Shown: piece by piece, positions 52,609 through 64,000 of the stretch
Layout of the letters: the number at the start of each line of letters is the position of its first letter
Position numbering within the stretch: position 1 is the first letter of the stretch
Origin: the human T2T-CHM13v2.0 reference genome, Homo sapiens
Strand: one strand, 5' to 3'
DNA: 64,000 nucleotides
NCBI RefSeq assembly: GCF_009914755.1
Contig: NC_060930.1
The notes under the pieces: generated by a model
What the model was told of the DNA's origin: nothing
Database searches by the model: none
The model's input: only the letters and a program-made list of their open reading frames with translations
Translations under genes and position numbers: made by a program

Positions 52609-52914
52609 TCTTCTACATCCCTGTAATTATGCTCTAGGTAAAAACCATTGCCTGGAAGAGTTTCTTCTTTATAAAATGCAGAAACTTTGGTAAAAAGAAG
52701 CAAAAATGGTGAAACTTGAGAGATCTGCAGTCAAACAGAAGATATATGATGTGCACTGAGTCTTCTTGGTTCTCTTAAATTTACTAAAAATTAATAATTG
52801 TCTACTCTACCAGTCTTAGGTAGTTTATGAAACTGCTTATGAAACTAGAATTCACTAAAATATAATACTATTGCAAAATGGGTAGCAGTTTTTTGGTTTT
52901 TTCTTTCTTAAAAA

Positions 52915-53115
52915 TTTATTATTTTTTTAAAATTTCAATAACTTTAGGAGTACACATGGTTTGTGGTTATATGGATGGATTGTATAGTGGTGAAGTCTGA
53001 GGTTTTAGTGCACCCATCATGTGAGTAGTGTACATTGTACCCAAAATGTAGTGGTGTTTTTTTTTTAATCCTTCACCTACTCCTACCTCCCCACTTCTGA
53101 GTCTCCAAAGCCTAT
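52915..53115 (-). mobile_element. L1PB-like 3' end fragment
   Basis: Same motif set as 37880-38140. Confidence 0.72.
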
Positions 53116-53295
53116 TTCCTTGCCAAAAGAATAATCAGTGAACATATGTACAATTATTGTGTGCCAATTGTAAATTTTTTAAAAATCAATAATGAAAGTA
53201 GATGCTAACCCATTATTAGAAGAAGAGTACAATACAATACCAGTTGCTTTCAAATAATATCTTTTTGTTTTGGCTTTAGAATGCCTCTTAGTGAA

Positions 53296-53361
53296 GATAT
53301 ACTATTTTCTGAGATACGTTTTATTTCTGATATACTATTTTCTGAGATACGTTTTATTTCT
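53296..53361 (+). repeat. Perfect two-copy 33-bp tandem duplication
   Basis: gatatactattttctgagatacgttttatttct at 53296 and again at 53329. Confidence 0.95.
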
Positions 53362-55488
53362 GCTAACAACAAGTCCCAAAAAATGTTCTTCCCCTGTAGA
53401 TGACATAAGGATAAGTATACTCTCCCCGTCATATTTACTTTTACATAAATATTAGCATTAATATAAATAAATTTCAGTGTTTTAATGTATTATGGCAGAG
53501 CTCTAATAAATGAACTAAATTGTTTGTATTCTTAATTATTTAAATCCCAAATGGATAAGACACCCTTTAGTTGAATTTTGTATTCGTATAGGGGGAGAGA
53601 TGAATTCTTCGCCTTGATTGCCTACTGAAAAAAAAGAGTATAATCCTCTTAACTTTATAATGAAAATAAATTAGACAATATATTTTCATGAACAGGATAA
53701 ACTAAAATTTATTTTTTTTAGCTTTTACAAGACTATAATATATAAGCGATTTAATAATGAAATCACCTAAGCCAAATGAGAGCGACTAGATTTTTAGATG
53801 AAAGGTCAGATTTGCAAGTTCATATTTTCTGTTCCATTAAGTCTTCCTTCATTAGTCTTCATTCATTTGAAGTAATTCCAGTAGTATTTTTAAATTGTGG
53901 CTGAGATTCTTGGTCTGCCTAGGAAAGGTCACCTAAGTTTAAAAAGTCTTTTGATCCTCGGCGGTCAATTCCAGACTTTGCTTTTTAGAAAATATTGATG
54001 ATGAATAATGAAATTATTGTGAAATCTTTATATTAGGAGTCTTATGACTTGAAAAAAACAATTAGATGGCAAGAGTGGCTGTTAGAATGTTTATATAGCT
54101 TTAAGATGTTAAATTGTGATACATCTACCTACTTGCTTGTCTTACATGTTGGAACCAGAGAGTAAAGGCAATATCTTTGATTATATGTCCTCATAAAAGA
54201 ATCATAGTTCACTTACCTGCAGTTTCTAGAACTTTTACCCTTAAGAAAGAATGTAAGGGAGTGTTTCTAAGAGGGCTGGAGGGACATTCTTGTGGGGGTT
54301 AGAGACAGCTTTGCCAAAACGGTCTCTGGCAGATTTTCCTTGTGAGGAATTACATTGTTGCTGTGGGTGTTCATACCAAGGCAGGGTGACCACTTGGAAC
54401 AGATATTGAATAAAGAATATTCTTAAATCATATATAGAAGCTTGCTCAATGACATACAGTGACTCTCCCAAATCTAGCTGCCAGTGGGTCAAGGAATATT
54501 TTATTTTTCACACACACACAGACACGTGAGTGCGCACATGTACATATGTCCGAGAAACATAGCATATAAAAGAGCTTTGTCACTTTCTTTAAATGCCTTT
54601 AAACCTTTTTGTTTCTGAGTGTAATCCTTACGTTTAACAACTCAGTGTTTTAAAGAATATCAGGTTGCCTTAATGGAAGGAATACTGAATCTTTTAGCTT
54701 ACTCGATAACAGAATTACATTATTTACTCAGTGTCAGATTTTTTAATTAAATTTGTTTTCTTGGAGGAAAGAGAAAAAATATTTTCAAGAATTTTTATAC
54801 TCTGGATTGTTAAGTACCTTTTATTCTAAATTGATTCCCAAACATACCCATAGGGAAGACCCTTTTCTCAAGAACTTTTTCATTTTAACTTCTCTTTTTT
54901 AGAAAGACTATCTTGGCATTCTTATTCTTATGCAACTTAATTGTACTTGATCCCTTCCAGTTGATCTTTTGAAGTCCTTTCTTCTGGACACATCATTTTT
55001 GTTTTTACTTCCATTTTCGATGGAGTTTTTAGCCTGCCCATAATTTTGTTGTATCTGGATTTCAGCAGATCATTTAACAGAGCTTTTTATAATGACTCTA
55101 TACTAGAGAGAAGTATGAGCTAGATTATAATAGAAAGATAGTTGAGAGCCTCCTACTTTGTGTGGGTTTTTATACAGAGGATATTTATTTAACATAAACT
55201 TAATGATCCCAAAGACTTCTTGAAATGCCTAATAATCTTTGATTTTTCTATTAGACAATTTTAAGGCCACTTTTCAACCTATATATATAGAAAGATTTAG
55301 GTGCTTTCTTTTTCTAGATGGTTGGTGTAAATATGTTATCTACATTTCCCATTCTTTCACCTTCTATTTTATTATGAATCTAATGACTTTTTGTTTGTAC
55401 AATTGGTTGATCAAATCTTCTTGAATTCAAATAGGAATACTATTAAATTCATTGTTATAGGGGCTCAAATGGCAGCAATGAGACCTAA

Positions 55489-56345
55489 TATGGTAGGCAG
55501 AGTAACGGGTCCTCAAAGATATCCATGTCCTAATCCCGAAACTTGTGAATATGTTACCTTGCATGGTGTATTAGTTCATTCTTGCACTGCTATAAAGAAC
55601 TACCTGAGACTGGGTAGTTTATAAAGAAAAAAAGCTTAATTGTGCTCATGGTTCTGCAGGCTTTACAGGCTTCTGCTTTTGGGGTGGCTTCAGGAAACTT
55701 ATAATCACTGCAGAAGGCAAAGGGGAAGCAGGTACATATTCACATGGCCAGCAGGAAAGGGGCAGGGGGAAGTGCTATACACTTTTACAACAACCAGATC
55801 TTGTGAGAACTCGCTCGCTATCATGAGAACAGCAAGGGGGAAGTCTGCCCCCATGACCCAGTCACCTCTCACCAGGTCCCTTCTTCAACACAGTAATTAC
55901 AATTCGACATGAGATTTGGGTGGGGACACAGAGCCAAGCCAAACCATATCACATGGTGAAAAGAACTTTGCAGATGCAATTAAGTTCAAGCTCTTGAGAT
56001 GGGGAGGTTTTCATGGATTACCTGAGTGGGGTCAATGTAATCACAAGGATCCTCATAAAGGGGAGCAAGAGGGTCCCAGTTAGAGGAGATGTGAGGGCAG
56101 AAACAAAGGTCAGAGTGATAAGCTCTGAAGGTCAAGGAAGGGACCACGGGCATAAAATGCAGGTGGCCTTTAGAAGCTGGAAAAGGCAAGAGCAGATTCT
56201 CCCCTAGAGCCTCCTGAAGGAACACAGCCCTGCCAAAACCCTTGATTTTAGGAGACTCATTTCAGATTTCTCACCTCCAGAACTATAATATAATAAATTT
56301 GTGTTTTGTGGTAATTTGTTACTGCAACTATATGAAACTTGTACA
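55489..56345 (+). mobile_element. MLT1D-like LTR, interrupted by an MST LTR
   Basis: tggtaggcaga...gaatatgttacctt on the left; gaactttgcagatg...agattctcccctagagcctcc...aataaatttgtg on the right. Confidence 0.82.
55567..55951 (-). mobile_element. MSTA/B-like LTR with 5-bp TSD CATGG
   Basis: tgtattagttcatt...aaaccatatca; CATGG at 55562-55566 and 55952-55956. Confidence 0.9.
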
Positions 56346-56544
56346 CTATGGAATATTTTGATCTGAGAACATTGTCTGGCTTTTCGAGACAGCTAAATTA
56401 ATTGATCTTTCAGGGCTTTATGTTACCCAGGGTTTGCTGTATCACTAGGTGACACATGCTTATTCCTAGATCTGTGAACAGTTAGCTAGATACTACCCTA
56501 CAGTCACAATAATCTTTGGGCCTAATCATAATAATGATATAACA

Positions 56545-56712
56545 AAAGTAAGAGTTAACATTTAGCCATGATTATATGTCAGATGTTGTTCTGAGCCCTT
56601 TAATGTATTTCATTCTCACAGCTCTCTGCCGTTAGAACTGTTATTATTGTCATTCTGCACATCAGGAAACTGAGGCCATGAGTGATTAACTAGCCCAAGA
56701 TCATACAGAGGA
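56545..56712 (-). mobile_element. MIR
   Basis: ttaacatttag...attctcaca...ggaaactgaggc...cccaagatcatacag. Confidence 0.7.
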
Positions 56713-58118
56713 GCTCCTGCCTGCCTCTCCACTCCTCGATCTTGCCATTCCTTCCAACTCACTCTTTGCTCCCACATCTGACTGCTTGTAGTTCCCAGCA
56801 TACTTTTATATTCATCTCCCCTGCCTCAGATTCCTTCCTCGTCCTCTCACACAGCGGGGTGCAGGGTGAGGAGGAGAGCTTGGATCATTTGCACTTAGCA
56901 TTTAAGCCTCTCTTCAGCCTTCCCTGATCATCCCTGGCTTGGATGATCACCCTGTTCTCCTCCCCACCTCTTTCATGTTCCCATAAATTTTGGTGCTCAT
57001 TTATACCCTGTCACTTATGATGTATAACTGGTTTTGAGAAATGTGGGGGCTAATCTTTCTATCATGTGCACCTAGCACAATACCTGGCATAGAGCAGGAA
57101 CTCAGTATGTGTTGGATTGACAGATGCTGTAAAATTGAATTCTGAGAGTTGAGATGCCATCAGCTGTGAGAAGTGGGGGGTGCCTGTGTGAGAGGAAGAA
57201 TGGCTGTTACAGGGGCAGCGTGGGACAGAACCTGGGCACAAATAAAACAGGGAACATTAATGAGAATAAAGTTCATTCCCATTGGGGCGGTGAGATATAT
57301 TTTTGTTTGTTTGTTTGTTTTTGATGAAGTGGAGAACAATATGCAGGAATAGGTTAGTGTCAATAAATGAGTCAGGTACTATAGGCAAGGCTTAGATTAA
57401 GATGGCCATATAAGCCATGTTAAATAGCTTTAAACTGTCCTGTGGGCAGTAGGGAGCTACTGAGTAGTAGTGATCTTATGTCTGTTTTGGAAAGCTCTGT
57501 CTAGGTGGCAGGGGAACAGAGGAATCAGAAAGCCCATTGAGAAGATACTGCAAGAGATAGATTTGGAAACTAGTAAGTGGATTTAAAGAATCTCTGTGAC
57601 TTATTCCTGAGACTTTAGATACGTCTTCTTCTTTTGGACTAAATCATTCCAAGTCCCAGACTTAGTTGCATGTCAGCAAATTATTCTGTGTTCTATGGAA
57701 AACATTAACTCATGCCACAGGCATTCACTAATTGGGTTTTCCTTGACTGTAGACTTAACAGATCAAATATTGGTAGGCAAGAACATTTTACAAGGACCCT
57801 TGAACGTTGCTGAAAATTTAAGGCAATATAAATTGATTTTGCCTTTTGCTTCAGCTGGTGCTGATGACATTATCTTCCCTAATGGTCATGAGATTACTTC
57901 CTGGACCAGGCCCAACCTCTTCTACTCTGAAGTAGAAACACCAACCCCTCCAGCCCTCTTTCCTTGTCTGCTCCCTATCTTTTCCCCTACTTGATTTTAT
58001 CTTTTCCCAAGCTGTTTCTACTTGCCAGTTACAGGATTGGCTTTTTTCTTGTGGCCTCTTTATCTTTCTTTTTGTTTTTGTTGTTCTAAGCACCATAAGA
58101 TAAGCTTATCAACTTTGT

Positions 58119-58121
<3 letters not shown>

Positions 58122-58165
<44 letters not shown>
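58122..58165 (+). repeat. (TG)22 perfect microsatellite
   Basis: Direct count. Confidence 0.95.
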
Positions 58166-58169
<4 letters not shown>

Positions 58170-59695
58170 AACCATGTAGAAAACTCTGGGCTTGGGAACA
58201 TTTGAAGAAGCTGGAGCCCTGATTGGATCATTCTTTTTTTTTTTTTTCTTTGAATCCTTCTTAAATTGAGCACTTCCCTTATATCCACTGTCACACTAAC
58301 AAAAGTAAAGAAAAAGGGGGTGCTAACATTTGGAACTTGGAAACGTGAAAATAACAAAAATTGTTGTTAAGCCTCAGCTGTGTAGAGGGAAGTTTGCCAA
58401 TGATACCCTTGGGTTGTCTACCATCTTGAATCTGAAATAGAGAATCTAACAAACATGACTAATCTGGAGTAAATGGAAGCAGACCTTGTCAAGATCTCAT
58501 GAAAGAAAAGACTGTTTCTAAGACGGAAATGCTCTCCAGCAGTGTAAACAGTGTGCATGGGTGTGGGCTGATGCAGTACCTCTCCTCCCAGGGACCTGCA
58601 CAAGGAGACCAGGGAGATACCACAGCCGAGAGTGTCACCAGTAAGAACTCTATTAGTTTTTACTGCCACAGGTAATATCTTTTTTAAGAGCGTGCTCCTG
58701 ATTCCTCTCAGTCAGAATCATCCTTTCAGGATCCCAACCTTTTCCCTCTGTACTATCACTGTTCCCCCTAATTTTCTACCCTCTGAACCTGACCTCTTGC
58801 CTACCTGCCACAGAGCACTGGCCCAACTTTTTGTTTAGCCCCAATGTGACAATGATGAACTAAATTCCATTACCATGTAAATCAACTTTGTGTAGTCAGA
58901 CCAACAGGACCAGATGTGTACGGCACAAGTGTAGACTAACTTCGGGATGGAGCCGTGTTTTTGTGGGATTGGTTTTTACTTAAGATGGTAAAGATAAGAA
59001 GAAAACCCACAGATTGTTGGTACTAAAAGCTCTTTCATGTGACTCTCCTGTTAATTATAAGCCATTTCTAGAAAAAATCAGGGATGACTGTACTTGGGAA
59101 CATATAATTGGTATTGGGAATCTTAGCATTTTAAGTTTTCTAAAATAACCCAACTTTAGGATAATGAGGAATCATATATGCTTTGAAGAGCCTTGACTTC
59201 ACTGATAGCAATTTTAATTTGTGCTTTGTAGTGATAGAAAATCATTTTAAAAAAATGCCTGTCAAAGAAATAAACTCAACCTGTTTCTTATGATTAATTT
59301 TTTGCCTTCCTTTTGGCATTCATTTTTATCCTGCTTCTTTTACGAATTTGTAATTACCAAAAGAGGAAGAAGATATGTGGTTATAAGTTTTCTCTCACAT
59401 GCTGAAAGGTGGCAGGTATTAGAGTTGAGAAAGACTGAGTGAATTTATATTAAATAAGGAGAATATAAATTTTATCCTTTGAAAAGTCATCTTTATTATA
59501 TTTCAGTCTAACTTTTTCTCCAGTGGTGATTACATACCTTGTTTTATACAAGTTTCAGAAAAACTGCAAGGATCTATATAATAATTCTTTTATGCCTTTT
59601 ATATGAACTTGATTTATTAAAATTGTAATATTCAATTTGAATTCATTTTTATTACATTAGTAACAACTTTAGAAGTGAGTAGACTCTTGGAGTAA

Positions 59696-60050
<355 letters not shown>

Positions 60051-60879
60051 TAGCCTTATTTTTGTTCTGTGATAAGTATGGTTCATTAATAACTCCATAT
60101 ATTTATAACGTTCCAAAGGACTTATACATGTAGTTCCAAGTATAAGAGCTATGTATAATGTTAACTGTGTATTCAGGTCAATGGAATAGATTTGGTAATC
60201 TAACATGAAACTCTTTTAAAACTCTTGCCCCTTGCAATCCATTTATTTCATAATTAAGGACAATATAATCAAATATGAGCAAATAAGCATTCAAATGGAC
60301 AAAAATGTACTGTACTAGTTATGTTCCATCTGGGATCTTGTAATCTAAGATGAATGACCTGGTGCTTTATTTTGCTTCTCATAATGACATGCCTTCAGAG
60401 AAGTGTGGATAAGATAAGAAGTTAGAAGGGCAGGGGAAGAAACCTTCCATTGTTTGGATGTTAATATGTGCCAGAAACAAACAAACATAGTCTATGCTTT
60501 TCATGTACTTTGTCTCCTGTTATTCTTTCAACAATCTTTTTAGGTGTCTTTTATGACTTTTACTTTGCACATGAGTTAGTTAACTCAGCTCAGAGAAGTT
60601 AAGTTCATTTGTCTCAGGTTATGTAACTATTAAGTAAAAAGCTTGAGACTGAGACTTCATTCTTTCTTATTGGTCCTTGCTCTTATAAACAGTAAAATAA
60701 GTACTCATCCGATAAATTCAAAGTAATTTTAGAACATTTTGACCAAACAAGTGTCAGTTTTTAAAGTTGTTTTTCTATTATGACAGTAAGTTTATAGGCC
60801 TTAGAAAATTTTTAAACTTCTTAAAAATGATTTTGTCTTTTATAGAAAAGTTGTAAGAATAATACAAAGACCTCCAGTA

Positions 60880-61536
<657 letters not shown>

Positions 61537-63459
61537 TATACCCCTTAGTGAGATGATCAGTTTTTAACATTTTGCTACATTTGCTTTCTCTTTCTCTGAA
61601 GAGAAAGACAGATGTAGATGTAGTCATAGATATTTTGCTGCTAAACAATTTCAGAATGGGTTACAGACATCATGTCCCTTTACCCCCTTAATATTTAGTG
61701 TATATTTCCTAAGAATGAGTTTCTTACATGATCACAGTACTGTTATCTAAATCAGGAAATTTAACATTGACACAGTGCTTTAATCTACAGTTTATATTCT
61801 AATTTTGTCAAGAGCCCCGACAATATGTATAGCAATTGCTTTCCCAATAGAGGAGTCAGTCTAGGATCATGGCTTGCATTTAGTTGTTCTATTTCTGTAG
61901 TCTCCTTGAATCTATACAGTTCCTAAGCCTTTTTTATCTTTCATGATATTGACATTTTTAAGAATACTGGCCAGTTATTTAATGGAATGTCCCTCAATTT
62001 GAGTTTGAGTTTTCCTCATGATTAGATTCAGGTTATATGCTTTGCCCTCTTAAGCTAAATAAAAATGATGTCATATCCTTCTCAGAAGATCTGAGAAGGT
62101 ATATGATGTGCTTTTGCCCTTTATCGGCAATGCTAAATTTGATCACTTGGTTCAGGTGTTAGCTGGTTTGTCTAGTTTCTTCACTACGTAGTTATCTGTT
62201 TTTGGATAAGAACTTGTAATCCCAAGTATTGAATAGGATTGTAGAAGAAAGAAACGGGAGGCCTTGAAAACTCAAAACTCTCAGTGGTTTAGTTCACATT
62301 TGCAATTTTATGATGACTTGAACTGTCATCTTATGTAGTCCACAAGATTTTTCATCTCTAATAGATTAAGTTTAATCTATTCTAAATCTTTGGGTTATTT
62401 CTAATAGTTTTAAGTCCTTAGACTATATTTTTAAAATAAAATATTTTGAATTGGATATACAGTGACGGAGGAGCAACTAAAGTTGGAAAGGCAGAAATTT
62501 ATTTCATTGAAGTGCCTGTTTATTTACTTGGCAGATAATACATGTAAATCTTTCATCCTCAGAAACTGTGCAGATCAAAACCTATGTGGGTTAAGAGAAG
62601 CTAGGTAAATTCAGTTGATGAATTTTTAGTTTTTAGGGGGAATTCGTAGGTCATAAGTGAACTATTTTTCCTGAAGTACTATAATACTGACTTACCAAAT
62701 CTGCCTGGGTATGACTTAGTGTCAAAGGCATACTCTTGGAGTAAAAAGTATTTTCCATGTACCTTACATTCCTTTACTGCCATTCCTCTCAATGTTTATT
62801 ATCAGTGAAATCACAAAGTATTCCCTCTAACTATTTTCTGGGTTCTTTGAACTTGTTATTTTAGGATAAACAAATATAAAGAGGTGGAAGAAAATTTCCC
62901 CATGTAAATTCCAGTTGGTTTTGGAATCAAGCACAAAAATATATGACTGATATCCCTGGGGCCGTTACAAAGTTATATGATGCAGTAGTTGATGGATTCC
63001 TTCCCAACTAACTTGACATTAAGGCTTGGCAGAGAGCCCCGGGAGCCCCACAATCCCCTGGGAGCAGCCTTCTTCATTCTTCTCTCTAGGTTAACCCAGA
63101 ACTAGTCAAATACTATTAAAATGAAAATCAGTGTGTTCTCTAAGGGTTGAAAAGGTTATTCATACTGATAATTTGTCAGGTACCTGAAATCCTATCCTAT
63201 TAACAAACCTAAAGACTACTGTGAACGAGTTTAATTTGATTTTATCTTACATTAGCAGCCAGAGTTATCCAGGGGAAGATTGGAAGAAGGCTGTCTGGTG
63301 GTGCATCTCACTAGTGTGTAGAAACTACAGCAATCTTTTTGCCTGTAATCACCCAAAACATGGCTTTCGGGAGTCATGTAAGTCTCTTGATCACTTTGAC
63401 CATCAGAACTGCATTTCTTTTAGAAATCATAGTCAAAACTGTAGTTAAAATAAAAATTG

Positions 63460-63800
63460 TAAATTTGCCTGGTATTGAGTAAGCTTCTACTACATGCAAG
63501 GAACTGTGCTGGGTAGGACACTACATCTCAAGATGACTCCTGGGTGCTCCTTACTCAAGAGGCATGTAATCCAGAAAGGAAGAGGAAGTATGGTGCTGAC
63601 AGTACCACAGGACCGTGTGTCTCCACTGCTGTAAGAGCTATACAAAGGGCTGTTAAAACTTGGGGGCTTGTGAGTGGGATGGTCGAGGTCACTGTTAACA
63701 AAAAAGTAACTTTTAAGCTGAGCTTTTCACTACATGAAAGATATTGGGAGTGAGGTATGAGATGTTTTTAGAAAGTGATCGCAGTACAGTTGTAAAATCC
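63460..63800 (-). mobile_element. L2 remnant
   Basis: tattgagt...ctactacatgcaaggaactgtgctggg...; ttttaagctgag. Confidence 0.45.
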
Positions 63801-64000
63801 AGGGTTTCTAGTGAACAATGAGAAAGACTTTTTACCAGGTGCTTTGGGCTCCATCAAGAGAATTCAACTGTATAATCCTCCTGGATCTACAGCCGCATTG
63901 GCCCTTGGGAATTTTCCTAGATAATAAACTGAGCCATCAGAAGTATGACATCTGTACTCAGTAGGCAAGGAGTGACGCAATCTAAGCAGTGCTGTAGAAA

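Noticed and set aside
53250-53455. ORFs with an 11-aa repeat (EIKRISENSIS)
   Set aside because: Simply the translation of the 33-bp DNA duplication.

Overview
Primate (very probably human) AT-rich intronic DNA from inside the CDKAL1 gene, which lies on the + strand and encodes the tRNA-Lys(UUU) ms2t6A37 methylthiotransferase (MiaB/MtaB radical-SAM family). The only real coding sequence is one 181-nt internal exon at 43161-43341 ([18 protein letters not shown]...QVPAQV) with canonical AG/GT boundaries. Everything else is two large introns filled with transposable-element relics: Alus, L1s of several ages, HAL1, L2/MIR, MaLR and ERV1 solo LTRs, hAT and Tigger/mariner DNA elements, often nested and some with intact target-site duplications (TSDs). 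The other ORFs in the track are repeat-derived or chance. I find no convincing new biological system. The best leads are: a near-perfect MADE1 (miR-548-like) hairpin next to the exon; a doubly deleted L1PA whose junction creates a consensus splice donor behind the L1 promoter; an Alu monomer carrying extra MIR/L2-like 3' sequence inside its TSDs; a tail-less AluY arm; and repeat-poor, motif-rich blocks that look like long-range enhancers. Repeat subfamily names come from recalled consensus motifs, not from a RepeatMasker run, and boundaries of the old elements are approximate.
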